The notes under the pieces are model-generated. The model worked only from the letters and a program-made list of their open reading frames with translations. It ran no database searches and had not been told where the DNA came from. Below are positions 1-13,623 of a DNA stretch of 64,000 nt, in pieces. Position 1 is the first letter of the stretch. Every line of letters begins with the position of its first letter. This DNA comes from Balanoglossus misakiensis (taxonomy: Eukaryota > Animalia > Hemichordata), in assembly GCA_040954595.2 (NCBI GenBank), contig CM082597.2, positions 1,160,886-1,224,885 on the forward strand, in the 5' to 3' direction. A program made the position numbers and the translations under genes.

Positions 1-3000
1 GAAATTTGAAATTTAGATTTTGCTTGTATTTGAAATAATTTAGAACATTCTTGCAAAAATTACCAGTAGAATGGACGGCGTAACTTCGAGGCGTGATTGT
101 GTAAATGTGCGTGAAGAGACGGCGAATGAAACAACAAGAGCGATTGTCGTTCGAAATGCTTTGCGGTACCACGGCATGGTTTCTTGAGATGAAAATGTGT
201 AACTAGCATACCATACATACTCCGTTTTCTAAAAATTCATTGTAGTACAACGGATTGGCGTCAATCACCGCGGTCAATATGAGACGCAGAAACTCCAGTC
301 TGTCAACAGTCTTGAAGGTTTTGTAAGAACGTGTAGACTAATTAGACCAAAAAGAGGTTTATTTTTGTCGGATTCTCGATTGGGACCGGGAACACAGCCT
401 TGAAATTCCTCGTCGATGCTCGGTTTAGAAAGCAAAGTTCGACACAAAAGAGAATTAATCTTCAGTGGATTTCTAGCATTGTTTCGTCTGTGTGTCAAGT
501 CTTCTTGACTATGTAGCTGTCTACACATCTATGAAAAGACTTAGAAAAATACATAACATGAGAATAAGAGAATGTTCTATTTACTTTTCTTGGATCTTTT
601 GCCGTGAATTCTGTCTATTGCGTGAATGAAGCAAAGAAAAAATTGTGTTCTAAACACTTTGAAAGTCAATTTCCGTAGAAATATCACATATTGATCGTTC
701 AAGCTCTTGCAAAAGACTAAATGCATGAACGGAAATCACGAAGTAAGTCTGGTGGAATGTACTTGTTTGTTGGTATGTTTACACTCTTGAAATTGTGGCC
801 AATTGAAGTGTCTTTTTGGTTACAAATGATTGCTGGAACCAACTCAACAGCGAGGTGAAACGTGTGTGCACTTCAGTTTTTTGTTTTGAAAGTTGATGCA
901 GTTGTACAAACAGGTGATTAATCGAAGGAAGTTTGCTGGTATGTGAGACAATTGTTTCGATGTTTACTTAGTCTTGGGTCGTTTGTTTTGGTTTGTTGAT
1001 GTTTGGTGTTGCTGTAGGGGGTTGGGGGATATTGGCGTTGATTCACCCAAAAGCTGTAACACATGAAGAATTCAAGAGTTTTTAAGTCGAGACAGATGAA
1101 AAAATAAATTTCCCTCTTGTGTTGGAGGTCACAGGAAGTGCTCAGGTGTGTTTGTTTGTTCCTTCTTGTTCATGAAACATTTTTAACAACCATGGTTGCC
1201 AGGCAGCTGTCAGTGAGAAAGTGCCACCTTCTTAAGATTTTAATCAGCAAAGTTTGAAGTTCAAGTTCCTGCAAACATTGCATTTGTTCTCACTTGGAGT
1301 TTTGTGCTTTTCTATTGTTTTATGTTTGTGATGTTCCCAGGATTTAAAATGATATTTGAACAGGTGTGAATCAGTAACAAAAATGTCATCTTTTCGTATC
1401 TCACACACCAGTACATGATAAATGCAGAAAATGTAAAATGTACGTACAAAAGTTCAAATGTAGAGCTCTAGATGTTGATTTACAAATACTACAAAAATGA
1501 GTAAGGAAATGATTCATTTTAATACACACAGAAAAAAATGTGACACTGAGGTCAACCCCAACCTTTACCAAACAGTCAAATCCACCGCAGAAAATTGTCG
1601 AGTGTTTGAAAATGCCTTGTAAAATAGGAAATGAAAATTTATTGGGGTCCTCATACAGGAAATACTAAAACCCTCACGTCGATTAAGAAGAGTCAAAGTC
1701 TAACACTTTGAACCTTCATATCACATCAAATTTGGACATTCAACGTCATTTTCGATTAAGGAAAACTAGTATTAAACTTAGAAGTTGTCTTTTAGTTGAC
1801 ACAGCTTTACGTCGAAAACAAAAAATGAGGGCCTGTGATTCATCAGGTGTCAAAATGGTTTACAATGACGGCTTGTTCCCCCTTGCTTGCTGTTTACAGC
1901 CAGTGAGGGCACTTGTCATCACAATAAAACATTGTGAAGTTATTTCACATGCTGGTGTGGGAGCCACAGACAAAAAACAAAGGATGTTGACATTACAGGG
2001 GATTGTGGGAAATCTTCATTGTGTATCACTTGTCTTTGTAGGCGAAAACACAGTGCCATAAAATCTTCTGGTCATTGAACTTGTTTCAAACTCTCTGACC
2101 CCTCTGAATATGTGTACCGTGTAGAGTTCCTAGTGTTTATGTATTGTTTGATGGACTATTCCACAGTGAATTGGGGATGAATCATGTAATCAAATAGTAA
2201 AAGGGTTAATACACAACAAAACCATGGTAGTCCCACTGAGAGTGCCTGGTTTCACATCACAGTAAAATGGAAGCAACAGAATTCTTGACAAAAATATCAG
2301 ACGGCTAAACCACCATTGATAGTCCCATGCAGTGAGTGGCTTCATTGGCGAATTCTATCACTTGTGTAGTGAGCCCGTAATTAAACAATAAAACCTGTCT
2401 CGACAATAACACAGATTCCCCAGGAGGGACTCGACTCTTTGTTTTTGTTCTAATTTATCATGAAAAGGAGGATGTTTGGATTGAAGATGTCAAAAAAACT
2501 CTGCTTGCATCCAGGTTCCTGTGGGAGTTGATACAATGGATTGAAACAGAGGCTTCACAGGAAATGGAAATTGTAGAATGGATTGATGGAACCTGATGAA
2601 CAGTTAACTTAATTAAGTGAAATGGTGCTTGTTTTATTTCCAGTCCAAGAAGTGTGTGTGCTCCGTTATTCCAGAACACCTCCTCCTTCCCCCAAATTGT
2701 TGGAATCTAGTTTGTTTCTGGTTATTGTTATGCAAATATTTGGGCATGACTCACCCAATTATGAGTAATTAACTTTTACGACTAATTTGTCCACCCTTGT
2801 AATCCCATTGTGGTTACTGTTGTTTTCAGAACTGAGGTACAATTGAATCGATGTTCAGTAATAATTACAAGCCCTCAGGTGTAATCTCTGCTGTTTCAGT
2901 AAAAATAACAAATAACCTTTATGATGGTTGCATTGAAAAGAAGGTGTTGTCCACTGTACTGTGGTCAGAAGGTATTTTCACTGGTCAGTTTGACTCCCTC

Positions 3001-6000
3001 ACTCAGGACGATTTCCCAGAATGCTTTGCGATCATGAGAGGACATGAAGGTGCTCATTGTATTACAAAGTATTCACCACTTTACAGAGGTTATATATTCT
3101 GTTTGAAATCAACTCTTGGATACCAATGGGCTGAAGAAGTTATGTGCGTTGAAATGATGGCAATGGCAGGACAGGATTATATTACATACAGTGTTTCGTG
3201 TCTTACATGCTTGGTGTAAACATGAACTCTCAAACATGTTGGTGTAAAGGCACAGTATAAGCTGTCAGATTCGACAATTTTTTCTGAATTTTTGTTGAAT
3301 CATGGCATTAAAATATAGGTTGAATTTGAAAATCTTTCTACAAAGCACAATTTAGTGAAGTTGGCTAATATATCAAATGGTATGAGAATGCAAAAAGAAT
3401 GTGAAACAGTTAACGATTTGATAACAACTAATGATGTCCCATGCACAGTGGATGTTTTTAATCAGGAAAGTCTCTCAGTAATTGGCTGAAATTCAAATCA
3501 CTCGTGACAGAAACACCGAACCCTGTCTGCATGTAATGAAATCTGAATTCCTTAAATTTGCCATGCGTATCACGCAATCTGGAGGTTAAAATGTTAATTG
3601 ACAGGCGACGGAGGTGATACCTCGCGTTAACCTTTGTCACTGTTAGTTAAAAATGAAAGGAAACCGGTTCTTCTCTGACTTCATTAAAATTTCCTGTTCA
3701 GATTACAGATTAAAGTGCGGTAGTTGTAAGCATCAAGACTTTTTTGTTTGATCAACTACATTTCCTTTTTCTAATTCCTGAAGCAATGAGTTCCCACAAA
3801 AACAATGAGAGTATTGAAAAATATGTACAGAATTTCAGCTACTGTCGCTTTCATGGGAGTGGCTATATTAATTTGATGTCGAACAATTTCTTAATTACTA
3901 TTTCAGCTGGCAAATAACTTTCTGCATGGTTAGATTACACGCTTCATCAGAGCATTACTGTCTTTCTGGAATTTTCCTGTTTATTTTAGCAATTAAGAAA
4001 ATTAATCTGCATGAGTGCTTTGAAGTGTGATCTGTTGTAAATATCTTTTGGTCACTTCTGTTTTCTGACCAGACCGGCACAGCAAACTAGGGGTTTCTAG
4101 TCTCTGCAACTGCACAGAAAAGTTTCAACCACAGTCAGACTTTCTTTCAACCAAACTCTGCATGTGTGGTCTTGAAGACACTCACTGTCTCTTAAAACAA
4201 AGAGTTCCCTCTAGGGAGTTCGGAGTTGCTTTTGTTTATCATGATACACTAATATTTTTATCAGCTCTATTAGGACACTCAATTAGGGCAGACACTGTGG
4301 TTTCTTGAAGAGAGAATGTTCAGTCCCTTGAGACAGAAAATACTTAGTATGTGTTTGATGGTATGTTAATAGCTACCAAGCATTGCAAGGTTTTATTTTT
4401 GGTGAGGTATATGATTTCTGCTACTGAAATTCAGCTTTGAGATGAAACGTTTCAGTCTGTTTTAAGAACCTTGGAGAACCTTGGAGAACACAGAACACTG
4501 GATCAAATTTGTTGAAGTACTTGTTGACACACGGTTATCAGAACTACTTCGCTGCCTGTTCTTAAACTTGTGGGGGCGCTGTGCACTGCGCTAACAATAT
4601 CGCACCTGAATCGTGTTTTTACTGTCCATACACTGCACTGTGCAGACTGGCCTAAGGGCTTTTGTCCCGCCTCCTTCAGTTACACTATGTGTCTCATCAC
4701 AGACAAGCATTCACACACTGAAGTGCTATATTTTGATAAACTCTGACAAGTGTTCGTCCTAGCTTACAGTGCAAAGTCTGGACTGGGTCTCCAAGTGGAT
4801 AGGTTGTTGTTGTCAGTTCATGTCGTTTGCCCCGTAGCAAACCAATCTCACAGTACAATAGAACGAACCCATGTGGCACCAACATTCTGATAACTTTTCC
4901 AACTTAGCTGAAAATGTTTTCACGGTAGACTGAACACCCTGATAACTGGCTAATGATGCTTTGTACGCTGTGAGATTTTTCAGCCCTTAGTGTTTCAAAT
5001 GCTAATTGAAATTAAAAGTTCAACCAAATGATTCTGTCCAATTGGAATTTACTTCGCCAGTAGCCAAACACTTAAATGACAAACTTAAATCAGTGAAGAG
5101 GTGATGAGTAGTGACTTGGAAGAGTCAGTACTGAAGTCTAGAATCTAGCTGGTGTATTTTGGCTTTTCAAATCTGCCACAAGTTGTATATTGATTTCAGC
5201 AAATCAGCATTGATTTATAAATATCTAATAAATTGGAGAAAACCTAGTAGGAAAGCACTGAAGGACAGCCAGAAGAGAAACGTTGGCCAATAGTTTTAGG
5301 GACCTTGATCGATTACTCTTCAAAGGAGTTTAGATTAACAGTCATTGTTGCGGCCATTAAAGTTTTTCACTTGAAAAAAACGGTCAGTGGTAACATCAAG
5401 AAGAGGGGTAACTGTGCATGTACACGGCCTGTCTTTAGCAGGTGCCGACATTTATGGACAATAATCTAATTTAAAAGCACACAAAGCTTTGAGAATGGAA
5501 TTTTATTTTAAAGAAAGCGGTCTTTCGTTTGACAAAGAAGTGTATTAAAAGGAGCAAAAGAAGTTCTAGCCTTCGGGTTAAACATCGCGGCTTTCACATG
5601 AGTTGGTTTTCTTTAAGATGACAATGAAAAGACTTTTAGGGATTGCCGAGATGCCGAATTTTTGGTCCCCGCGGATGGAGTCCAAGGGACCAACATGTTG
5701 GGCTTCATGTGCCTGTATGTCCATGCATGTGTTGGTCTTGCTGGAGCCATTACTCATGCCTGGACTGATTTCTTTCAAACTTGGTACAACGGCCAGTCTA
5801 CTATGGGATATTACATAGACATGTCAATTTGTTTTGCAGTATGATCCAATAAGGCTGTCAGGCAGCCATTTTGTTATTATAGCAGACTTAAAACTAATAT
5901 TGTCTGAACCATCTTACAGACATGCCTTGAGTTATTTCATTCTACGATGTGACTGTGTTATCGACAATGACGTGTTGATTCTTGCCTCTCCAGTCAATGG

Positions 6001-6575
6001 TTGCCCATGCGTGTCAATTAGATTGTGATAAGGCACAATATGGCCGACACACTTGATTAGACAGCCAGTGTCCAGTCTGTGTCAACTTCTCTAATGAACA
6101 CAGATTCCAACAGTACTGACTCTGCTCACTATCAGATAATTGGAAATTTACCCCCATGAAGGATGTTGGGTCCCTTGAGGGGGGAGGGTACTGGTTTAGG
6201 AGGAGGGGAACCGATTTCCTAAGTAATTGAAGTTTTGGAATTTTGGAGTGACTTCTGGTTCCTGATTGAGTAGTGCCACGGGCAGATGTTCGTTCGTTTG
6301 TTAGTCTATTTTCATCTGAATTGGAAAGTGTCCATGTGAATGACATTAGCTGCACAGTAAGCTCTTTTCTAAAAGTACCAAACAAAAATATTTGTTTAAC
6401 CTTATACCGATTACAGGTTTTTTAAAGATGTCTTTCTGGAAGTGATTTTGTTAGTGTGTTTCTCAAATGGTGTCAGAATATTTCTTTGGTAATGGAATCA
6501 AATCCAAAAGTAGAAAACCACAAAATTGATAAGTTTGCTTTTTGATAAATTGTTCAATGTTCGTTTTTCTTGCAG

Positions 6576-6899
6576 TTCCTCCTGCGTGTGTTGGATTGAC
6601 AGGTGAGGGCGCTGTCGTCACTGGCGATGATGTGACTTTGACCTGTTCCGTCTGCAGCAGCAATCCGGCTGCAAGTATCTACTGGAAAAAGGACAACGGG
6701 ATCATCACGGGAAGCGCCACGGAAAGTCTACAAGGGACGACATACCGGAGAGGAGAGAATGACGGAGAAATCACGGAACAGGAATTAGTCTTGCAAGTGA
6801 CGCCGTCGTACAACGGAGTCAAGATCCAGTGTTTCGGAAGAAACCACGAATTTGGGAATCTTGAAACTGCGTCTAATAAATTTACAGTTGATGTGTTGT
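6576..6899 (+). CDS. Nephrin-like exon: Ig (C2-set_2-like) domain
   Basis: ttcttgcag|TT...TTGT|gtaagt; 324 nt, phase 1-1; VTLTCSVCSSNPAASIYWKK...YNGVKIQCFGRN. Confidence 0.9.
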
Positions 6900-9800
6900 G
6901 TAAGTGTTGCCCCTTGTATGTACCTACACTCAAATCAAAAGTTAGCCACTATGTCTCTCTAAATATTCACCTAAATTTTCACAACATTTGGATTTTTGCA
7001 ATGGTGGTTTTGTGCATCTCTTCTACACTATCTGAAGACACTGAGTTTAAATCTGATGTCTGTCGTCACCATTCAAGATATGAGAATACTGAAATTGTCC
7101 AACAGATGTTTTTAAATGCATAGATAGAATTCCTTTTACTCTGTAGAAACTGCCCAAGAGAATATACAAATGATTTCGTTAAAATCAGGACATCTGCCAG
7201 AGATTTTTCCACATCTCGACAACAATCCCCTAAGGCTTGCCAAATACAATGAAGCTGTAATGAACTCTGACCTTGCACATGTGGTTATGTGGTCGTTCCT
7301 TGTACTGAGAGTTTGAATTCAAACAGATCTTGTAACACTAACTGTTCGTGCCTGTATTGTGTCAGCTTTCAAAAGACATATCATACATACTGCAACTGGT
7401 CTGTTGGCCAATCCACTGGCCTACTTTCTCGTTAAAGTATTACAGTGCTTTTCATGATAAATATTAAAACTTGTATCAGTCCATGTTTTTATTGCTGATA
7501 AGTATTGAAATATCCCATGCACATTTAAATTCTTGGCCTGGCAACATGGAATGGTTTTGGTCTGTCATCACATTGAATCTACTACACACTGGCAGTTGGC
7601 CATGTGTGTTTAGGAGAAGTGAAATTGAAGATGTTGACTTTGGTATGTAAGGTCATTAACCATGGTTCCTGTGGCAGAGATATCTTGGGTATAATCTGTG
7701 CCAATATTTGAGTTTATTCAGTCGGTGCATTCAGAGTTCAATCTGGAAATAGGTTCAGATAGATGATCTACATCATGCACTACAAAATGTGCCTTTCCCG
7801 ACCGAGGCCGCACTCCTCTGAATTTAACAAGAACCCTATTTAATGAATTCAATTGTCTCTTTTCATTTCAGTCCCACCCACATATCCTAATGGGTGTGTC
7901 ACGTCCCTCACTGGATACCGGGCACCCCTCAAATCGGGAGATACTCTGACCCTACTATGTACATCCTGCAGCAGTAACCCGGCCGCAACCATTCGGTGGT
8001 ACAGGGATGGGGAGGAAGTGCAGGGGACTAACCAGGACATGCTGACAGACGGACTGTACAATGGTCAGGTCACGGCCCAGGAGATCACCATGGTGATGAG
8101 CAGAGAGCATCATGGGAGTCAGTATCACTGTAGTGCGTTCAACAGAATGGTTCCAAATGTCCCAGCACCATCGGAAAAAATCACACTGGAGGTTCAATGT
8201 AAGAATCTCGATTACATCAACCTTTACTGAGACAGAAACTATTTTGTATTGTCATGGTTTGAAGGACAATCAGAAAATGTTAGGAATCGTTTGATTATCA
8301 TCTATCATTTCTTTGTCGGCAGATAAACCAGAAATTGTCAACGAAGAAGTGAACAAAAAAGCGGCGGCCAGCAGCGGAGAAGCAGTCGGTCTCCTCTGCC
8401 AATCCGACGCCAACCCTCCACCTCAAGTCTACTGGTACCATGACAACAAGCGTGTCATCAGTGATGGTTTCGACTACACTGTGACGATTGCAACCGAAGG
8501 CACAATAACGACGAGCACATTACACATCGCAAGCGTGCAGCCGCTGCGAGATTACGGGATATTCAACTGCACGGTGAACAACTCGCACGGGATGGACAGT
8601 TTTCTGATTGAAATGAAGGGAAAAAGTAAGTGTAAGTGAACTTTGTTTGCATATGTTGAAGGTTGAAGGTCACCTGCCTTGACCCTGTCACCTGCCTGTA
8701 AGTATTTTTAATCGCATTTTCTTCTGGTAAGGTAATGGTTTTTTTCATTTTCATCTTGTCATCTTGTCATCTCGCATATCACATGACATAATTTGGATCA
8801 TTTCATTGGTGGAGGGTTCATGTTAAAAGCACAGTAATATTTGCAAATACATCTTTCTTTTTTAATGGTGTCTGCAGGGCATTGGCTGTATCCTCCTATC
8901 ATTGCTCTGAATAGACTGGAAAGTTTTAGTAAAACATTTTTCTATACATGTACATGAGATTTCCTCCACTGAGTTTAAGACACTTCACTCCAAAATATGT
9001 TGCTATTCTAACATGAAGTTAATTTCCTTCCAGCAAAACCTGACCAAGCAATCGGTGTCGAAGTCATCCAGATGAGCGATACCGCGGCAACTGTTACCTG
9101 GCAACCAGGGTTTGATGGAGGAGAGCAACAACTGTTCTATCTGAAGTACAGAATGTACAGTCAAGATGGCAGCCATGTTTGGACGACGTCCACGGCAACC
9201 GTCGAACCACCATTGACAGTACGCCTGTTGGAACCCAGCACGCAGTATGAATTTGTTGTCATCAGTGAAAATAGTCTGGGGACTAGAGAAAGTAGCCCCA
9301 TCATCAGACAGACAAGTAAGTTCATACTATGGTGGAATATGCCCATGGATTTCCATGGTAACACAGACCATACTATTGGAATTTAGGTATTTTGCATGAA
9401 CTTCTTGTGTGGTCCTGGTCCTTTGAAAGACAAAGGTGAATGAAATACTTTCACAATGTAAACAGTCTAAGTAACATCAAGTGTTACGACCTTCAGTTAA
9501 CTCATGATTTTTATGTACTAAGGTCACACATACAAATCTGATATCAGAACTAAGTCTTACAAAATCTACTTCTTTTCATTTTCAGTGGTTTCTAACGTGG
9601 CCACAAACAGCCCACAGAGAGATACAAGGTCAACCATAGGGGTACCCATCGGGGTGGGCGTGGCAATGTTGGCAGCGGTCGTTGTTGTCATAGTAATAAT
9701 TGTCGTAGTTTGTAAAAATAGGAGATCAAGAAAATCAGAAAAACCAGCAACAGGTAAGACCGACCAATGATACAAGTATTTCAATTGGATCTTTTACACC

Positions 9801-12252
9801 AGAGGACTTATTTATTTGTAATATCAACCAACCATTGTTCACCTTTCAAAGTCTAATTTATCTATGAATCATCAGTCATCAGAACATTATACATATTTAA
9901 GACCCTGAATATACATCTTCATAGAAGGTCAATAATATACGATATTGTGTCTTGTTTGATTTCAGTGAGAGTAAGCAGTTTTCAGATTGCTGACAGACAG
10001 CAACAAAATGAGTAAGTGTATTAAAATCTGTCCATAATTTGGTCTTTATTTCTGCTTTTGTTGTCATGAGAACCCGTGGGTTAGACCAATGGCCTAGTGG
10101 TTTAGTCAATTATTACAGTTGCTTGATTATTTTGTCTTGGTTCCTTTCAGTTTATCCCTCACATATTTCACCTCAGCAACACCTGCACCAGACCCACCTC
10201 TTCGAACAGGTAAGTCTTCAACACAACCTCATGTTACAACACACTAACATCATTATAATGCAAAATAAAGACAACAAATATATAAATCATTGTCTGTAAA
10301 TTACGTTTTTTTTTTCAAGTCCCTTGATAGGAAAATTATGTTTTTAGTTTCAGTGTTGCCAAATAATTTAGCGTACGATTCAAAACCCGTTATACCTCTT
10401 CAAAACCACCACAATCACCAAAATCAAAGACATTATTCAGATGGTAAGTAACATCTAATGATTTTATTTTATTTTATCTTTTGATTGGCTTGCTTTGTTT
10501 TGGTTTTCTGTGTGGAGAAAACAAACACTTTCTTTTGGTCTTTGATTTTTCACAATCACATTGACAAATTTTAAAAACAATTGTGACACAATTAAACATT
10601 TTGTTTCTAGTTCACAATAATTTAAATTTCATCCTTAGTGATCACAATGAATTCACCTGATTTTCGCAACGGTATAACCCTTGTGGCATCAAAGCTACTG
10701 GATTATTCCATTCTTTAAGCAATCAAGGGTATGATCGACATTGAGGATCGAACCTGTGTCTATGTGAGTTTGTGTGAAGAGTCATGAAGTAATTACTAAT
10801 TTTCATGAATAATACTCTAAGAGATTAATCTGATAATTTTTTCTTTTTAATTTTAATATGGTGGTGTAAATTTAACTATTTTATTCCAGTTGACTGCAAT
10901 TGACTTACATGATTAATTTGCTGATATAGATGCACGTAGATTCCTTTATTTTTATCGCTTTGATTTGCACTGTGGTTTGGCGTACGTGCGTGTGCTGTCT
11001 GAATTTTTATGATCGGCTTTTTTTCCCTGCACTTTTTGCTTCTCCCTTCACTAGACGAGAATATTTACAGCGAGGTCCCTTTCCAACATGAAATGCCCGA
11101 CGACGACGAAGCACCACCCTCGTATCATGGCAACTATACCCCGCCATCAGAAAACGCTTCAGCAGATTTCTCGCAGCAAGTTAGTGTTCGTTTATTTACC
11201 CGTAATTTCACCATTCGCAGTTATTTTATGTTTGCATGTTTGTCTCTTGCAGCAGAAGGGGGAGCAGCAATTTTATTTGCAACAATTTGTTGTCACACGT
11301 ACTAAGCGCGGCCAGTGGCCGTGCAACCAAGAGCGTTTTGTTGACGTAAGACTAGAAATTATGTACTGTGATTGAGCAAGGCTGCTACAAACATGTCGCT
11401 TGATCTAACAGCACATTACTAACTTCAGGAATAAGGACTTTCATGTTTATTCAATCCTAACATTTTTCATAATGTCTCTGTGTTTGTGTTTTTGTACGTT
11501 GATTCTGTGTGTCGTGGTTCTGTCATTTTCTCCTGCAGTCATTATATCCACAAAGGAAACCATTGCTTACATTTGTACTCAAAACTCATTGAAAGATTAT
11601 TGCTTATGGATGAGTCAAATCGAAAACTTTGAATTCTTTGAATTCTTCTGCCTATAAAATTAATATACTGACCTCTTCAAGATCTGCCTTGAGTTGTCTA
11701 GTTTCTGTGTGTTTTGTTTTGCTTTGAACATGAAAAAGAAAACTCTTCTCGAAGGAAAAAATCCAAAAATGATAATTTCACATAAAAAGCTGTGTTGCTC
11801 AAAGCACAGAATGAGTGCATGCTTCTGCATCATTAAAATTAAAATCTGAAAACTCAACTCGTTTGACACAAGCAGGTATTCGTCATTATCAATCCTTTAC
11901 CATCGTGTAAAAAGGGAAGGGAAGTGTTAGCTATTCTCGAAGACCTCAATCACAATTTTGACGGGAACTGCATGTTGTTTGCAATGTTGATCGACGACCA
12001 ACACCTTCAACCACACCCACTGATCTCAGCTTCCATTCTTCATATTTTCAGTTAGTAAACGACCTCGACGCCCTGTACCAGAATCGCAGACATGACCGTC
12101 TGCCAACACCACCGACCAGACCCTCGTCCAGCCATGCACCACAAGCCCCATCGCCATCGTCCAGCGGAAACGAAAGTGCCCAGTTTGCAGCCATTAGCAA
12201 CGACAGTATTTTCAAAGAAAACTACAGGACACACCCGGGCATATATGTGTAG
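6576..12252 (+). CDS. Nephrin-like Ig-superfamily type I membrane receptor, 5'-partial, 9 coding exons (about 619 aa visible): 3 Ig, FN3, TM, cytoplasmic tail
   Basis: Exons 6576-6899, 7872-8198, 8323-8625, 9034-9315, 9586-9753, 10177-10209, 10348(or 10354)-10443, 11055-11179 and 12052-12252 all have AG/GT ends and join in one open frame. The SNPAA-I-W Ig motifs and WQPGFDGG FN3 motif are typical of nephrin/sns/sidestep/echinoid-type proteins. Exact orthology cannot be determined by eye. Confidence 0.85.
7872..8198 (+). CDS. Nephrin-like exon: Ig (C2-set_2-like) domain
   Basis: catttcag|TC...CAAT|gtaaga; 327 nt; LTLLCTSCSSNPAATIRWYRDG...HHGSQYHCSAFN. Confidence 0.9.
8323..8625 (+). CDS. Nephrin-like exon: Ig (I-set-like) domain
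   Basis: gtcggcag|AT...AAAA|gtaagt; 303 nt; LLCQSDANPPPQVYW...DYGIFNCTVNNSHG. Confidence 0.9.
9034..9315 (+). CDS. Nephrin-like exon: fibronectin type III domain
   Basis: ccttccag|CA...ACAA|gtaagt; 282 nt; TVTWQPGFDGGEQQLFYLKY...LEPSTQYEFVVISENSLG. Confidence 0.9.
9586..9753 (+). CDS. Nephrin-like exon: transmembrane helix plus basic stop-transfer segment
   Basis: ttttcag|TG...ACAG|gtaaga; 168 nt; IGVPIGVGVAMLAAVVVVIVIIVVVC followed by KNRRSRK. Confidence 0.9.
10177..10209 (+). CDS. Nephrin-like cytoplasmic microexon (33 nt, ATPAPDPPLRT)
   Basis: cacctcag|CA...ACAG|gtaagt; frame-preserving phase 1-1. A competing acceptor would start the exon at 10151. Confidence 0.6.
10348..10443 (+). CDS. 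Nephrin-like cytoplasmic exon (VSVLPNNLAYDSKPVIPLQNHHNHQNQRHYSD)
   Basis: tttttag|TTTCAG|TG tandem in-frame acceptors (10348 or 10354); donor GATG|gtaagt; phase 1-1. Confidence 0.7.
11055..11179 (+). CDS. Nephrin-like cytoplasmic exon (DENIYSEVPFQHEMPDDDEAPPSY...QQ)
   Basis: Long pyrimidine tract then cactag|AC; donor CAA|gttagt; phase 1 in, phase 0 out. Confidence 0.8.
12052..12252 (+). CDS. Nephrin-like terminal coding exon (LVNDLDALYQN...HPGIYV*)
   Basis: cttcatattttcag|TTA; phase 0 matches the previous donor; open to TAG at 12250-12252. Confidence 0.8.
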   Translation, partial: LVNDLDALYQNRRHDRLPTPPTRPSSSHAPQAPSPSSSGNESAQFAAISNDSIFKENYRTHPGIYV

Positions 12253-13623
12253 AATGGGTCATATTCTGCTAATTTTGTAAAAATAATGTTTAAAAGTGTA
12301 TTTTTGGACCGGAATATGTTATCCTCGCTCTCCTGAAAACAATGGAATGACCCATTTCTTATAGTGACTGCTATATATATCTTCCAAGAAGTGAGCAGAT
12401 TTGAGCCTGTTTCATTGAATCCAAAGGGGGAGTTCTAAATGACCCTGTACATCATTTAACAGTATTGACCGGGTCGTACCAATTCTACCAGCATAGGGGT
12501 GGTTGGATCTGAGGACTTATTTCCTGTTCAACACCTTGCAAAGCAACATTGTCTGCATAGAAAATGACACTACCCAAGTGAAGTATTGTGAAACATCAGC
12601 TGCCAAAATCAAGCATTGTTGGCAATATTGCAGACAGCAAAAAATTGTGAGAAACAGAAGGCCATTGAGACGGAATGTCTGTATAGTTGTCAAGAACGTA
12701 GAGTGACATACTGCTTCAAAGTACCTGGACTAGCTCTCCTGGAGTAGACTGAGGCAGTAAGATTCACCACAAGGAAGTAATCAAGTCTACAAACAGTTGA
12801 AGTTTCTGCCATTGGACAACAAGCTATCTAGCTTATGTTCAGTGCAACCATGGCCGTACACAGCTGAGAGGGAAAATGTCCAGGAAACATCAAAACTAAA
12901 GACACAATTGTTGCATTGCCTGAAGGATGTGGAAACATTGAGTGACACAGATTGACAACTGAATAAATTAAGTCTGGATATAAATTCAGTTGTATTAAAA
13001 TGATAAAGATGGTATCATTAACTATCATTACCAGGGTGAAAAAACTAAGGTTATACAGGGTAAAAAACGAACATTTTAAGCATTTATTTTTGATACAGAC
13101 TATAGCAACATCTACATGAAGTTCTTTTATTGTACAGTTTGCTAATAACCATGACAACAGCGTATTGTTTTCGGATAATACTTATAACCAAAGTCATACT
13201 ATGATCTAAACTCGAAACTTTGTCAAATTACAGTTTTGTGATAGTGTCTGATTTTGTGACAATGGTTGTTAATGTTTTTACTTTTCATAAAGCATTGAAA
13301 ACACAGATTGGAGAATTCACTCACAAAATCAATAAGGGAGAGTGATATTATTTTGATTACAGGGTCTCTGCCATGGTGGTGTTTTACATTTTTATCTTTG
13401 TGTATTTACAATACACCTCGTAGAAGTTATTCTTTTCATTTAGAGAAGCAGCAAATAAAATTTGCATATTTTAGAAAAAATACGAAAAAAGTAGATTTTG
13501 ATGTGTATTTTGTGATGTCCAGTTTTTCTTTTATGTCTTTCAAATGCAATCATGAAAATTTACTCAAGAACTCAAGATTTGCCGATGTTTCCAACTTGAT
13601 AGTGAAGTTCTGAATAATCTGAT

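Noticed and set aside
1-6575. Short ORFs upstream of the first nephrin-like exon
   Set aside because: No Ig motifs or convincing splice-bounded frames; treated as intron, possibly with decayed interspersed repeats (near 3245-3850 and 5640-5900) that I could not define
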